64,000 bases of DNA from Lytechinus pictus (Eukaryota). Each line of letters starts with the position of its first letter. The stretch's first letter is position 1. The stretch spans positions 248,001 to 312,000 of the forward strand of contig NW_026974151.1 in the NCBI RefSeq assembly GCF_037042905.1. The letters are read 5' to 3'. The notes under the pieces were generated by a model that had not been told where the DNA came from, searched no databases, and worked only from the letters and a program-made list of their open reading frames with translations. Both the position numbers and the translations under genes were made by a program. Positions 50,838-64,000 of the stretch are shown here, piece after piece.

Positions 50838-51919
50838 TATAAGATACATGATGTAAATATGAACAGTCATGATTTAGAAGGAAACAAAGGACTGACTGAC
50901 ATGCAGTTAACTTAAATTATGCATGGTTAGAATGGTATTTAGTTTACATGTGCATACAAGTTGATATGCGTGATTATGAAAGGATTAGAGCTTGTAATGT
51001 GCATATTATTGCTAAGAGTCACTAGGTTTTGTGTATGTTTAAGTAATCATGAATAGTTGATTTATTATCTGTTCAATCTGTTTGCTTTGTACAGTTTTTA
51101 TGAAACAATTTGAAGCAAAAAGCAAAGACCAATCAAATTCAGAGATGCTTCAGCTACAATAATTTATAACTCAAAATGGTACATGTAGATGTTTATTGTA
51201 TAAAAGACAAACAAATTTAGAGCATAAGGCAATCTTGAGGTAGGCAAGGATGAGTTCCATGCACACCCCCATGAATTATTATGAACATATAAAAACGTAT
51301 GGTGGGGCACGTAGGGAAGTCTTTTAAAAAAAACCCCACTATATCTGTCATCTTGGGTGGGAAAAAAATGCCCTCATCCTCCTTTTTTTCAAAAAGTTAA
51401 GATGGGAAGTTGTTGTGTTTTTTTTTTAACTTTAATTGCCTTACATGAATTATTTACGTAACATTATCGATATGCCAGTCGGTGCTAATGAAAATATACT
51501 TTTCAGACATGAACCAAAGTGATGTGCAATGTTTGTTAAGTCTGCTACAAGTTTCATGAGGGTTTATTTTTAGTAACATATGCGGAAAATGTGCTTCACA
51601 GGCAGTTTCAATTTGTCTTTCTGTAATGTTTGTAAAACCCGACAGTTGTGGGAGTATAGCAGACGTACAAATATAGGGAAGCATATTGTGCCCATTGGCA
51701 TGACCGGATGATGCCCATGATAGCTGTATGTATGTAAATACTTTCTCATGAATTTTACATTGCATTCTTAATTGTCTTCAATTTTCCTCACATTTTTAGG
51801 TTCCTTGGTGGAGGTGTGCTGTGGTTTTCCTGTGTTCAGCTATGTCTGTTCTTGGTATGTATGATTACCCTTATTAACCCGCACAGAACTATTTTGGCAA
51901 AATTAGACAAAAAGCTGTA

Positions 51920-54252
51920 ATGGATGAGGATGAATGTATCCGGAAGGAAAAGCGGCGTGAACAGAAAGCAAAATGGGCCCAGAAGAAAAGAGAGTCACTG
52001 AGAATACTTTCTGTCCTACAAGAAGTTACGAGAAGGCCAATCTGTGCTGATGCCCTTGGAAACAGTGCTCCCGGCCCATCAAATCCTGTGAATTGCACTC
52101 CCAGCCCATCAGATCTTGTCAATGTGTCTAGGCCAGAAATCCCTGATGAAGAGAGCAGTACTTGTCATGCCGTGGAGGTTGATGAAGAAACTGTGACCGA
52201 GGATGAATTACTTGAGAGTCAGTTGCATGAAGTCTTTAGAGACTCTTCCCCTGGTCCAGCAGACAGAGATCATAATTACGTTCCTGAAACATTAAGTCCT
52301 GATGGTAATGCATATAACTACAACAGCACTTCTGATGAAGATGGTGATAATGAAGAGGGTGATGATGTCACCGCAAACCATAACAGTGATATTTGCACTT
52401 CCCCAAACCATGGTTACGATACTCCCGGTCCCGCAAGCCCCGGGTATGACACTTCTGGTGCGGCAAGCCCTGGGTACAGTGCTCACGATGGCAGTTCTGA
52501 TGAAGATGCTGATGACAGTCATGTCGTGTACGTCGAGGTTGATGTCGATGAAGAAATGACTGAGGCCGAGTTCTTCAAGAGGTCATTGCGTGAATTGTTT
52601 GGGAGAACATCACTTTCACGGACTGAGCAGCAGTACATACTTGGGCTTTTCAACCGTGCTGGTGTCCAGGGTTTGCCAAAGGATCCGCGCATTCTACTTT
52701 GCACACCAGGCTCTGTCAACATAAATCCATCCTACTGTGGTGTAAAGTATCACTGGTTTGGTATTGATGACCAGTTAACACATGCTCTTGACTATTTGGT
52801 TCGCCCACTTCGTCCTGATGAAGAGATCAAACTCATGATTGGTGTCGATGGTGTACAGATTTTTGATTCGTCAAACATCACCTCATGGCCAGTACTGGTG
52901 TCAGTAGAGAATGACCAATCACTGTACAAAATTTTTCCATTATGTGCAACAATGGGTGACAAGCCAAGCTGTGCGTCCTACTTGAACCAGTCTGTCGATG
53001 AGTTGTCTCGTCTACTAAGCAATGGCTTTGTTTACAGGGGCAACCACCACCAAGTGTGTCTAATGTGCATAGTATGCGATGCACCAGCCCGAGCCTTCAT
53101 GAAAAGCATTATGGGACACATGGCTGCACATTCTTGTGAGCGCTGCCGAGACAAAGCAATCAAAGTGGATGGTAGGATGGTGTTCTACATGACTGAGAAT
53201 TTCGACCTACAGAGTGACGACACATTCCGCAGGAAGGACTACACAGAACATCATAATTCTCGCTGCATGGACAGCCCATGGCTGAATATTCCAGGCTTCG
53301 ACATGATACATGGGTTTCCTTTGGATTACATGCACATGGTCTGTCTTGGTGTGGTTAAGCGGCTAACAGATTTCTGGATGAACAGGCAATTTCATCGGAC
53401 AGCCTTTCATCTAGACCAGGTTGCAGTGGCTGAAATTAACAGGAAATTGATGAGGATGTAGGTGACAATGCCATTCAACTTTGCCCGCAAACCAAGGTCT
53501 TTGGAAAAGATTGGTAGATATAAGGCTACTGAGTATACAGGATACTTCTGCTGTACACTGGCCCATTTGCCTTCAAAGGTGTCCTGAGGCCTGTTTACTA
53601 CAATCATTTTCTTCTCTTGTCAGTGGCCATCGGTCTGTTAGTAAGTGAGAGGACAGCTCATCTGCAAATAGATTATGCGAGGGAGTTGTTAACTCTGTTT
53701 GTAAAGAAAGCTTTTAAACTCTATGGCGATATATTTGTTGTATACAATGTACACCATCTCCTACATTTGGGAGACGTCGTTGAAAAGCATGGTTGTTTGG
53801 AAAACTGCTCAGCTTTTAAGTTTGAAAACTTTCTCGGCCAGCTGAAGAAGAAGGTTAAGCCTGGTCACAAACATCTCGTGCAACTGGCAAAGAGGCTTAG
53901 GGAAAACCACATCAAATCTAATACCTGGAAACAAGAAAAACTCTGTGTTACAGCCCCGAACAATGTACATCTGACTGCTACTGGTGAAATCGTTGAACTC
54001 GCCGAGAAGGCTGATGATGGAACCTACATCTACCGTCGATACACGCGGATACGGCCTGCTGTTGCTGCCCCAGTGGACACCACCTTGGTGGGATTCCTTG
54101 AGTGCCCCAATGGGAACTTGTTCCTCTCATTCCCTACAGACATGGGTGACACCAAGATAGTTGCTAAAGTATGGAAGCACACAGTTCCAGGGGACAACCG
54201 AGTGTGGTTTATGGTTCTTAACCACTGCTCTGCTTTCGCACAGAACACTTAG
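51920..54252 (+). pseudogene. EnSpm/CMC-type transposase pseudogene (~776 aa if repaired)
   Basis: IGVDGVQIFDSS..WPVL, CDAPARAF, CERC, LDYMHMVCLGV, FARKPRSL, KATEY, YNVHHLLHL, SAFKFENFL. In-frame TAG at 53459-53461 and a +2 (TA) frameshift at 53534-53537. Confidence 0.9.
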
Positions 54253-54925
54253 CTGGATATCAACTGGATTAACTCTTGACCCCAGATGCCTTCAATTATT
54301 AAATATAGTGTCTTTGTTTTGAGGCTAAATGTATAAACATGGAGGATCAAATGAGGTCATACATATAAACAGGTTTGTTAAAGGATTTTCTGCTCTTTTT
54401 ATAGTACTTCCACATTTTTGAAGTGTGCCCTTAATCCTAACCCAATTATGGCCCCCCTCGACGTTTCACACAATATCTCCATGATGCCAAAAGCAATTGA
54501 CATGACGCTGCCTATTTCTTTTCAAGCCTCGCGCAACTTTTGAGACCAAATTTGCGACGCCCAGGTACGCAGTTCCGGAGTTACGTAACATTATGTAAGA
54601 GCATGTCAGACCCAAAATTGCTTAGGATGGGATTTTATGTACAAATCTAATGTAAATTCTGTTTCTAGCCCAAATTTAAATGTATCATTATTTTTACGTT
54701 TACCGGTGAGAATCAATTACTTTTATATGAGTTTTATGATCAGAATAATGTTGCCGACAATTTTCTATGAAAAAACAATAAAAAACAAAAAGTCAGAACA
54801 AAGAAATAGATACAAAATTTAGAAAACAATAAAAAACGAAAAAAAATGATACCAAATTTTTTTCTTATCTATATTTGATCGTGGTCCCAAAAAAGTCTCT
54901 ACATAAAAAAAAGGGCTTTATTTAA

Positions 54926-55333
54926 CCCATTCATGACAGCAAGTATTTCAAGCCTTATTTGATCAGCTTTTCTTCTTCAAATTGGCAACACCAGTATTTT
55001 TATTTTACTGCTATATTTTTCTTATAAAATGTCATGTATCTGAAATGAATATATATTGACAGAAAATACGTTTACAATTTAAAAAGTTGCCAATTTGCAT
55101 GGAAAAGCAGTGATTTTAAACTTTCCATCATGTTGCCAATTTAAGGATTTTAGTGCTTATTTTCCTTTGAAAAAATTTCAGCATCAAACTACAAATACTG
55201 ATGCAATCAAAATGGGCACATTACGTGTAGAATTTTTTTCTCTTTCTGCTCATGTGTTTGGTATAATTTATAGGGCTCTGCATCAAAAGTTATTGGGCCA
55301 AACCACAAAAAGTGGGATTCTGTCACGAATGGG
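54926..55333. mobile_element. piggyBac-like MITE
   Basis: TTAA|CCCATTCATGACAG...CTGTCACGAATGGG|TTAA. Confidence 0.82.
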
Positions 55334-58300
55334 TTAACAAGTTATAGCTAAATTCTAATTTTATGCATAAATTAGCATGATTAATTCATATGAAATAAAA
55401 TATGATTTAGTGAAATTTAACTTTGCAGCATTGTAGATTACGTCATTCTCTAACAGCGTGCACATTTTTGTCGCGATCGAGCGATCCACGCCCCCTCCCG
55501 TCCTGTTTTCGTTCTCGCGATAACTTGAGAACCGATCGACGGATCATCTTCTAACTTGGCCCATGTATGCATGTGAGAGGGGCAATGAACTGATTAGATT
55601 TGGGGTTTGTAGGTCAAAGTTCAAGGTCACAGCATTCAATAAAATACATAAAAGAATGGCTTGTTCTCTGCCGTTACTTCAGACCCGATTGACGTACATG
55701 TATTGACTTCAGAATTGGTTCAAGTACGCATATGGGAGGAACAATGATCTGATAAAATTTTGGGTTAATATAGTCAATGTTCAAGGTCACAGAATGCAAG
55801 AAAACATGAAAACGAATTGTTTCTTGGCAAGAACAGAAATAATCAACAGGAATAGGCTGCAAATTTCCGATCTGGCAGTGGCGGAGGCATACATTTTGCG
55901 GGGCTGTGTTTGGTAATTTTCTATTTATTTTTTTTTGTTAATATCCTTTACGGCAGATATGGCAGACTGTTATCCTGACAAGAGCTGGACGCTTGTCAAG
56001 TACCTGCGAGATGGAAAATATGACGTGATCCCGTTTCGCTGGGTTCGAAAGAGGCATGGGGAAGACTGCCAACGCGCCTGGTTCGCAATAAATGGGACAG
56101 TCAAGGCACCAGAGTACACTCGTCTCAAGGAAACCTGTGCGAAGCCCCCAAGTTCCAATATTTCTGAATGGCTCAAGGTTGCTGTTGTAATACGCCAAGG
56201 TACTTTTGTTTTATATCTCTTTTACCAGGGGCTGATCCAGGATTTTGTGAAGGTGGGGGGCACACAAATCTCCGAAAGTTTTCTGACAAGCAAGCAAAAA
56301 AAAAAGGGTTGTCAGTTTTAAAGTGGGGAGGCACACTTTCTTGAATAAAGAGGGGGCACAATGTTTATTTTTCTTTCAAAAAGTGGGGGGCACGGGACAG
56401 ATGTGCCTCCCCCCAACTCCGCCATTGTTTGTTACAGCATTTTTCTAAAATTTAAAATGCCTGTGTGCAAATTTCTTTGTTTCTTTTATGATTTGCTTCT
56501 TAGCAATAACTGACTAGGAGGTTGGCCAGTCCCTTCTAAAAGAACGCCTTGATGCCTCGTCTTCATCAGATGCTCCTCAAAAGGATGCACAGCGACCAAA
56601 GCGTGTACGTGCTAGGCCAATGCGGTTAGCTGAAGATGACAACGATGATAGCAACCATAATTGGAGCTCTGATGCTGATGAGCACTCGTCTAGTTCCGAG
56701 GAGCTTGACACCGTCCAGTCAAAGAGTAAGCCCAAAACAATTTGCGAATCTGATTAGACAGATCGAATATTTGAATATTCGGTCATATGTAATTGAGGAT
56801 AATTTTTAGTGGAAGGCATTAAAAGTGACAGTGAAATTCACAACTGCCTGATGTAATTATTATCAGCATTTGTTTTAGAGGAGTGAAATCTCTTTTTTTT
56901 TTCTTTCTTTTTTTTTGTAGAACTCCTTTAGGCATTCCAACTCAAACATTTATAACCACAGAGTAAAGCTTAAATATTTACGTAGTTACAATATCTGCTA
57001 TAAAACAGTCTATATTTTAAACCCTTTTTACACTGATTACTCCGGCATTTATGTATATCTCATGCATGTACATAGCAACAAGCAAGACCACTATCCAATG
57101 ACCCTAGTGCTTTGATATAAAATGAGAACCTCTGTTGGTGAGGTTTGGTTGTTGTTTAACCGAGTAGACTTGCATGTGCTTTGTTGATATTGACGTGTCT
57201 TGGAAATTACTTGTAAATTACTGGATCGTAGGTAGATGATATTTAACAATGTTTCCATTTAATTTTATAATATGTGTACAATCTGACATGTCACATCAAA
57301 TATCTAAGGGATGGTTCACCATAAATAGACCGGTTTACTAACATATTACAATTTTATGCATGCTTTTTAAGAAAAAGGTTGTTCTTGACAACCTGAAAGC
57401 TTGCCCATGGTTTGCCCGACATAGCAACATGTAATGCATGCAAATTGGATTCCTAGTATTGTAGTCCATTTATTAATAACAGGTTGGTGGAATACCTGGT
57501 TGCTAGGTCCTCCAGAAAGAAACATCCATAAATTTGAATAGCTTGGTAAACCGGTCTTATTGCATTCACAAATAATTCTCATTTGAAAGTAAAGAATATT
57601 CAAATATTCCATTGTCAATTCAATATTTTGAAAAGTGCCAAAAATGCAGAGGGGCAAGAAAGGAGGGACGGAAGTGTCGCATAAGAAGAGGAGAATCGGG
57701 AAGGATCCTGTTAACAAGCCACCACCCATAGGATGCCAGCAACGCCAGTCTGGCAACACTAGACGCTGAAGAAGCCATTCCCAAACCTAGGTCATTAGCT
57801 GGAGCACCTACAGGTATGCAGGTATTTTTCAGTTTAGGTACACACAAAGTTATTTCATAGTCGTAATTTAAGAACCAATTCTGGGTCCCACAATCATCGA
57901 AATCATTGAAAAAAAAAGTTGTCGTGGGAAGTCATGGAAATGTCAGATTTTTTTTTTTGGGGGGGGGTGGAAAAGTCAGAATGAAGATAATGCTTTTTTT
58001 TTTTTTTTTTTTTTTTTTTGATGACTCCTTTTAATGTCATAACAGATTATTTACAGGGTACATATTCTTATAGAGGACCAAATTTAATTAAAACTTATTT
58101 AAAAGTTGACAAATCGTATGCAGTTGGCGATAAATGCAGAGAGTCCAACCAGTACAATTTTCTGTATTTTATTGAGAAATGAAACAAGAATGCGGAATTA
58201 TGCATATGTCTTGCAAAATATGGGATTTTGAAAGTCTGATTATATCTTATAATTATACATATCAGTGCAGTATGCACAGACAAAATGCACAAAAACGTAA

Positions 58301-59157
58301 CCACTGTGTAGCGTGTGCGTTGCACGTGCAGCATGCATTCACCCACGGGGGTACCATGCGCAGTACTGCCCGTCTGTGTTGTCCTGCTGGTCTAGTCTGT
58401 GGTCCGCAATGAATTAAGTGTGATCAATGTTCGCCTGTGAGCTGCTCTCGCGCTGTGCAGCATCTATCAACACAGCGGAATGAATTGCTAGGTTTCAAAA
58501 TCAACTTTTCCAGAAAAACAGAAGGCAAACTTTCAAGAAGTATTTTAAGCAGTGTTCATGAATTGCATTGTCCAGAAGGGAGGAAAACGGTGCAAAGGCC
58601 TACAATTTGTTCATCCGACTCTTCCATTGAACATGGAGGTACAAATGATTTCTTATTAGCAAAACTCTGATTTTCACGTTTTATAATCCTGAAATGCTAA
58701 GTTGGCAGCTCTGTTAATGCCATAGAAACTGTCATATTGTAGTCCTAAATCATGAAATTTGGTTTTCAGATTTCTTTGGAAACCCGGGGTGATTTACTAA
58801 CTGGGATCAATATGGTCCCAAAAATCAGTTACTGGGATTGATGTCAATCCCAGCTTAAAATTAATTCAACTTTTCTGAATCACTAAATCGCTTTTAGAGT
58901 GGAAACAATTTTATCATGAATATATATGAGCACAAATGAATATTTACAAGTGCACTTAACCAACCAATCAACGTCAAATTTCAGTCACCGCCCCTTAGTC
59001 ACCCGACCTAATTCTCTACCTGGCGCGCGCTACCTAGCCATTGCATCAATTGTGCGCACACGCATCGATAGCAAGCAGGCACAGCATAGCCGCGGGCGGG
59101 CATGCAGTGAAGTGGCCATTTGTGATCGTTAGAAGTGATACGGATCACTCCCAACCC

Positions 59158-59733
59158 GGAGAATGAAACTCTTGGAGCAAGTTAGCTTTTGTGAAAGCAG
59201 AAAAATAAAAGAATAAGATCAACAAAACTTTGAGTAAAATAGGACTAGTAATAAAAGAGTTATGAGCATTTGAATGTCGAGATCACTAATGCTATGGAGA
59301 TCCTCCCATTGGCAATGCGACCAAGATCTGTGATGTCACACACGTACAACTCTCCCATTTGGACACTGAAAATATACCCCAAAACATCTCTTTTTGCTCA
59401 TTCTAATCATATGACAAACGATTCATCAATGATATAATGTTGTGAAACCTCTGTACTTGTCATCTCATAAAGAGAACACCTCACCTTGTGATAGACTCTA
59501 TAAAAGTGAGAATATAAGTGAATTAAGTACTAAAGTAATGAGGGAGTTGTACGTGTGTGATATCACAGATCTTGGTCGCATTGCCGTTGGGAGGATCTAC
59601 ATGGCACTAGTGATCTCAATATTCGAATGCTCATAACTTTCTTATTATTCATTCAATCTTCCTCAAACTTTCAACAATATGTTATTTCTTTGATTTTTCT
59701 CTTTGATATGGATTCAGCTGGTTTCATTCTCCT
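59158..59733. mobile_element. Palindromic Kolobok/T2-like MITE
   Basis: GGAGAATGAAAC...GTTTCATTCTCCT|TTAA. Internal arms GGCAATGCGACCAAGATCTGTGATGTCACACACGTACAACTC and its reverse complement. The left TTAA is absent. Confidence 0.75.
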
Positions 59734-60011
59734 TTAAAATCAATTTAGAGGCTGAAATCAATCCCAATTACCTTAGTGAACCAGTTTAATAGTGAAAGCA
59801 ATATTGCTCTTAGGATAGATATTGATCTTAAAATTGATTTTTATTATTATTATTAATTTTAGCTGTAAGTTAATCATCCCCAGGTAATTACTCCATATAT
59901 CTTTTTTTTCCTTTACAGCGAAAGTGTCAAGTGCCCTTTCGAGACCAAGGCCAACAAAGTCAAACATGGGTAGGTCACAAACACAAATTGCATCAGAAAC
60001 ATAATCCTTAA

Positions 60012-61089
60012 GCAGATATGCATTGATTTTTAAAACTGAATTGATTTTCATAATTGAGGAGGTGAAGCTTATATAGAAGACAGGTTTTTCAAAATTCAAC
60101 ACGTAGATACATTTCTAGTACTGTTTATTATCATTGTCAAATTGCTTATATACAGCCCTAACATGGCACCAGAATAGCTCTCCAAAAACCGCTGAGATGC
60201 GTGACATCAATGATTGGGCATTCTGGTCTAGGCAGAATCTGTACCATAAACATCTCACATATTTTCTGTGCCTGTTTTCTCGCAGTCTCTTCAGTTAATC
60301 TTCTTAGTTCATTACCATTAGTCTAAATGTTTAATCTGTTTCCTCTCTCCCAAGACCGTACATTGGTTTATTTGAATGGAAAATGAAGCATGACAAGAAT
60401 AAAGCAACAATTTGCTGCTAACCAAAATATAGATGCCATGGCATTTACACCTGCATTCACCGCTGTACGTCGGGTGTCCTTGCATTCATTCAGGGGTTTT
60501 TAAGTAGTTAATTTGATTGTTCATCAACCACTGTCCTGTGTACTTACAAACTAAATATTTCAGTAATCAAAATCTGTTTTGTTTGTATGTATTTCAGATT
60601 GGTGTTAAATCTGTACATGTGTGAATACACTGAGTTCTTACAATTTGAAAAATAGATGCACTGTACTCAGGGTAAAAAATACACAGGGGCGACGGGCGAT
60701 TTTGCCCCTGTAAAGCACGAAATAGCCCCTGTCGGCCAAATTAATACCATTGAAAACATTACACCTTGGGGCGATTTTTCCCCTAAGATGCTAAAAAGAG
60801 CCCCCATACAGCAAAAAGTTATTTTTTAGCCTGCACTGTAGTAATGTTCATTCTGTACGGGATGTTGTCTGCTTAAACTAGTTTGCCCCGTCACTGACGT
60901 CACACATTTCAGCATTTTTTCGGAGAGCTATTCTGGTGCCATGTCAGGATGTATATTAGCAATTTGATAATGATAATAATCAGTACTAAGTTGAAATGTT
61001 TCTAGGTGTTGAAAAAAAATTGTCTTGTATAGGCTTCACTTACTCAATAATGAAAATTAAGTCATGTTTAAAAATCAATGAATATCTGC
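60012..61089. mobile_element. Inverted-repeat MITE with a nested 166-bp element (60668-60833)
   Basis: Arms ACATGGCACCAGAATAGCTCTCC / GGAGAGCTATTCTGGTGCCATGT extend to GCAGATAT / ATATCTGC. Nested CAGGGTAAAAAATA...TATTTTTTAGCCTG is flanked by CACTGTACT/CACTGTAGT. Confidence 0.7.
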
Positions 61090-61179
61090 AAAGCATTGAC
61101 CATTATTTTGTTATTTATAGGTAACTCTGCCTAAGTTGAATCAATTGGGACCACTGAAATCTGTTCGACTTAGGCGAAA

Positions 61180-62036
61180 TTTAGCTTGGAAGAGGTAAAA
61201 AACTTGTTTTGCTCATTCTGTTCTGAAAAATTGCTTTGACTAATGCAATTATTGGATTTATGGAAGGTTGACTTGTGCAGAGTTAACTATTTGATGTATC
61301 AAAATAACTTATTTTTACAGTTCCCATGGACTTGGATGATGACTTACAAGAACACTCTGAAGTCTCGGATGCTACTCCACTAGAGAGTGTAGTAGGTGGG
61401 TATTATATACAGCAGTGAATTTAACTATCCAAGGAATTAATACATAGCAAGAAGTTCGCAGTATCGATTCCTACAAGGCCGCGTCACCTACGTGTATATA
61501 AAAGTTAGCGTTGTGATTCAGGGGCAAATACTTTCCACTAGAAAAGGTCAATGTGAGCGCGCTTGATCAAGGGCTGATTTTTTTATATTTTTTTAAATTT
61601 TGCTTATGGCATGATCAGCGAGATTAGCTTAGAAGAGGGGAAAAAACTTGTTTTGCTCATTCTGTTCTGAAAAATTGCTTTGACTAATGCAATTATTGGA
61701 TTTATGGAAGGTCGACTTATGCAGAGTTAACTATTTGATGTATCAAAATAACTTATTTTTACAGTTCCCTTGGATTTGGATGATGACTTACAAGAACACT
61801 CTGAAGTCTCAGATGCTACTCCACTAGAGAGTGTAGTAGGTGGGTATTATATACAGCAGTGAATTCAACTATCCAAGGAATTAAAACGTAGCAAAGCCGC
61901 GTCACCTACGTGTATATAAAAGTTAGCGTTGTGCATCAGGGGCAATTCTTTCCACTAGAAATTGTTCAATGTCAGCGCACTTGATCATAGGCTGATTTCT
62001 TTCTTTTTTTTTGAATTGTGCTCATGGCATGATCAG
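61180..62036 (+). repeat. Tandem duplication (~444-bp unit) containing a 75-nt acidic exon
   Basis: AAAAAACTTGTTTTGCTCATTCTGTTCTG...TTTTTACAG|TTCCC(A/T)TGGA...GTAGTAG|GTGGGT occurs twice, 444 bp apart. Confidence 0.88.
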
Positions 62037-64000
62037 CAAGATTTTTTCTACCTTAAAATACATGCGGTATGAAAAAACACTTAATTGTTTGAGAACAATG
62101 GCGATATTACTTTATTCCATGCTCTGTGGACCATTGAACGTTGTGTGGTTGGAGATCAATGAATGTATGCATATCATCATCTTGGCACAAGTCAGATTAT
62201 TACTCAAGTCTGACAAACTTAGTCGGTCCTGTTGGATCCAACTTACAGTATACTTCGTTTTGCAATTTTATCACTAGGGAACAGCATTGATGCTAATGAT
62301 GCAACTAATACAACCTATGATGGGGGACGTGACGATGGTGCTATGGACAAAGGTAGTCCTGTACACAACACTCAGGTAGGTAAATTGTGCCCCAGTCTCA
62401 TCATCCACTCTCCTATTGCCAATTCTACACATTGAGCTGGTAAAATAAGATTTCATGTCTGCTGAGTGTAACTCGACGGTCCTGTACATCTGGACTTCAA
62501 ACTGTACAACACACAGTTGTCAAAAAAAGAAAGGAACCTTGAGCTGTTTAAAATTTGGTGTCTGCTATATTAATTGTATCCCCCGAAAAGTCGTTTGGGG
62601 GTAGTCAGGGTAGTATGGATTTGGAGAGATTTCGTTGTGAGTGCTCTACCGACCGCAGTACTTCTCGAATCATCGTCAAAATTAGCATGAAGGTACATTA
62701 TTGTAAGGCAATGACACCTGTTGTTTTTGGTGTGGGCGGAGTGTTCGTTGCCATGGTAACCTTGTTTTTGTGGAAATATTCTGAGAACCTGTAGCTTCTG
62801 CTGGTTTTACCCGATTGTCCGTAATTTAGCACACAGATGCAATATTAGAAGGTAAAGTGAAGAAGCCTATCGTTTTTGGTGTGGGCAGAGTCATTTTGCC
62901 ATGGTAATACTTAGGAAAATAATACAGATTGTCTCGGGAGTGCTCTACCGGCTGCAGTTCTTCTTGCATCATCTTTAAATTGGCATAGAGATGCATTATG
63001 GTAAAGCAGGAACTTCTATCTACTCGGCTTGACAATTTGCACAAACCTAGGAAAGTTCTTTCCGTTGAAGTTTTTTATTGATTTGTGATCCTATGTGGTA
63101 TATGAACATTTTCAGCTTTGTTGCCCGAACAGCAACTTTGGGCAATTTGCATAATTCGCATAAATCTGTAAGGATACACGTTATGCAGCGCAAAGACAAC
63201 TTACACAGAATGTTTAAACTGTTCTACGTACTATTATGCATGTGCGCTGATACGAAACTCTAATAGTGTTGTCCATCTCGTGAATTCATCCTGTGATAAA
63301 ATGAAGCGAGGTACGCTGATGTATACTACTTCATAAAATAGGGGTTTGTTGGGGCGTAGAATCAATTTTAAGGATATTCTTGCAGTTGGAGATCACATGT
63401 TAGTACTGAAAATCAGTAGTCTTATAATTAGAATGATCTTACAGAGGTACATTCTTAACATGTTTGTGTAAATGTATATCATTTTTTTTGTTTACTTCAG
63501 CCATGTTCTAGTTGGACTAAGTAGCATACATACACAGAAATACATATTGTTTGAAAATAATCTGAGCACTAGCATACTAGCATAAAAATAACTATATAAA
63601 GTTTTATAATTAAATAGATAGATACCTTGATTGATATGACTGCAACATCCTTAGTTATTACAAAACACCAATAAAATAGACATTTAAATAATTAGAAACA
63701 GGCTTGGGGTTTGGGGTGTTCATTTTCATATTGATTTGATTCCTACGGCTAAACCTAAACAAGAGTATCCCCCAAAAGGAAATGTGAAAAAATACAAGAT
63801 AGTCCTAAAGACTGCTAATCTGTTTGCTTACATTTCATACTGGTTCATTAGGAGAAGGCCTAGTTTAGATGAAAGTAATACACATTCATTTGTTCACAGA
63901 TAACCAGAAAGACATCTACATGAAACTTTATTACAAAAGCGTGATTTAAGTTGTAAAAAAAAAGATTGAAATAAATTCTTTATCCCACAAAACCCCTAAA

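Larger units (their letters stand above)
51842..62379 (+). pseudogene. Multi-exon accessory gene of element C, disabled, 3'-partial
   Basis: Candidate exons 51842-51854, 55957-56199 (MADCYPDKSWTLVKYLRDGKYDVIPFRW), 56504-56725 (in-frame TAG at 56515-56517), 57636-57813 (frame break), 59919-59969, 61321-61395, 61765-61839, 62278-~62375. Mostly phase-1 junctions. The N-terminus resembles W-x-VVxF..VVP..W domains of DUF4806-type transposon partners (from memory). Confidence 0.62.
45151..64000 (+). mobile_element. EnSpm/CMC-type DNA transposon C, degenerate; left boundary tentative, right end beyond the window
   Basis: Transposase pseudogene 51920-54252 plus a spliced accessory gene. CACTGGAAAG at 45151 is only a candidate left end, about 300 bp from the promoter once the hAT insert is removed. 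Confidence 0.6.

Noticed and set aside
61121-61173. Extra exon of accessory gene C after TTTATAG
   Set aside because: Early stop in the expected phase and no canonical GT donor.

Overview
AT-rich animal genomic DNA. The repeat inventory suggests an echinoderm such as a sea urchin, but that is inference. No host gene is recognisable: the window is a nest of transposons built around three different large CACTA/EnSpm (CMC)-type DNA transposons, all on the + strand. (1) 1-12883 is the 3' part of element A: a spliced accessory gene and a right end reading CACTCTTAAAAATGCG on the - strand. (2) 19623-40826 is a complete 21.2-kb element B with a 24-bp perfect TIR (CACTCTAAATTACAGGGATTTAAA) and a TA target-site duplication. 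It carries an intact 843-aa C2H2/DDE transposase inside intron 1 of a 10-exon, 483-aa SAM-domain gene that I reconstructed in frame. (3) From about 45.1-47.4 kb to the window end is element C, a pseudogenised element of a different transposase lineage with the same 'transposase inside an accessory-gene intron' layout. In both B and C the first coding exon of the accessory gene would become a short uORF on the transposase mRNA. Element B sits in a 164-bp tandem array bounded by CACTG...CAGTG, whose monomer ends in a CACTA-like terminus. Also present: two degenerate LINEs with 2A-like NPGP motifs, a solo LTR, a 236-bp-arm hairpin, a palindrome with tRNA-like ends and many MITEs. All exon structures are read from splice consensus and frame continuity, not from transcript data.
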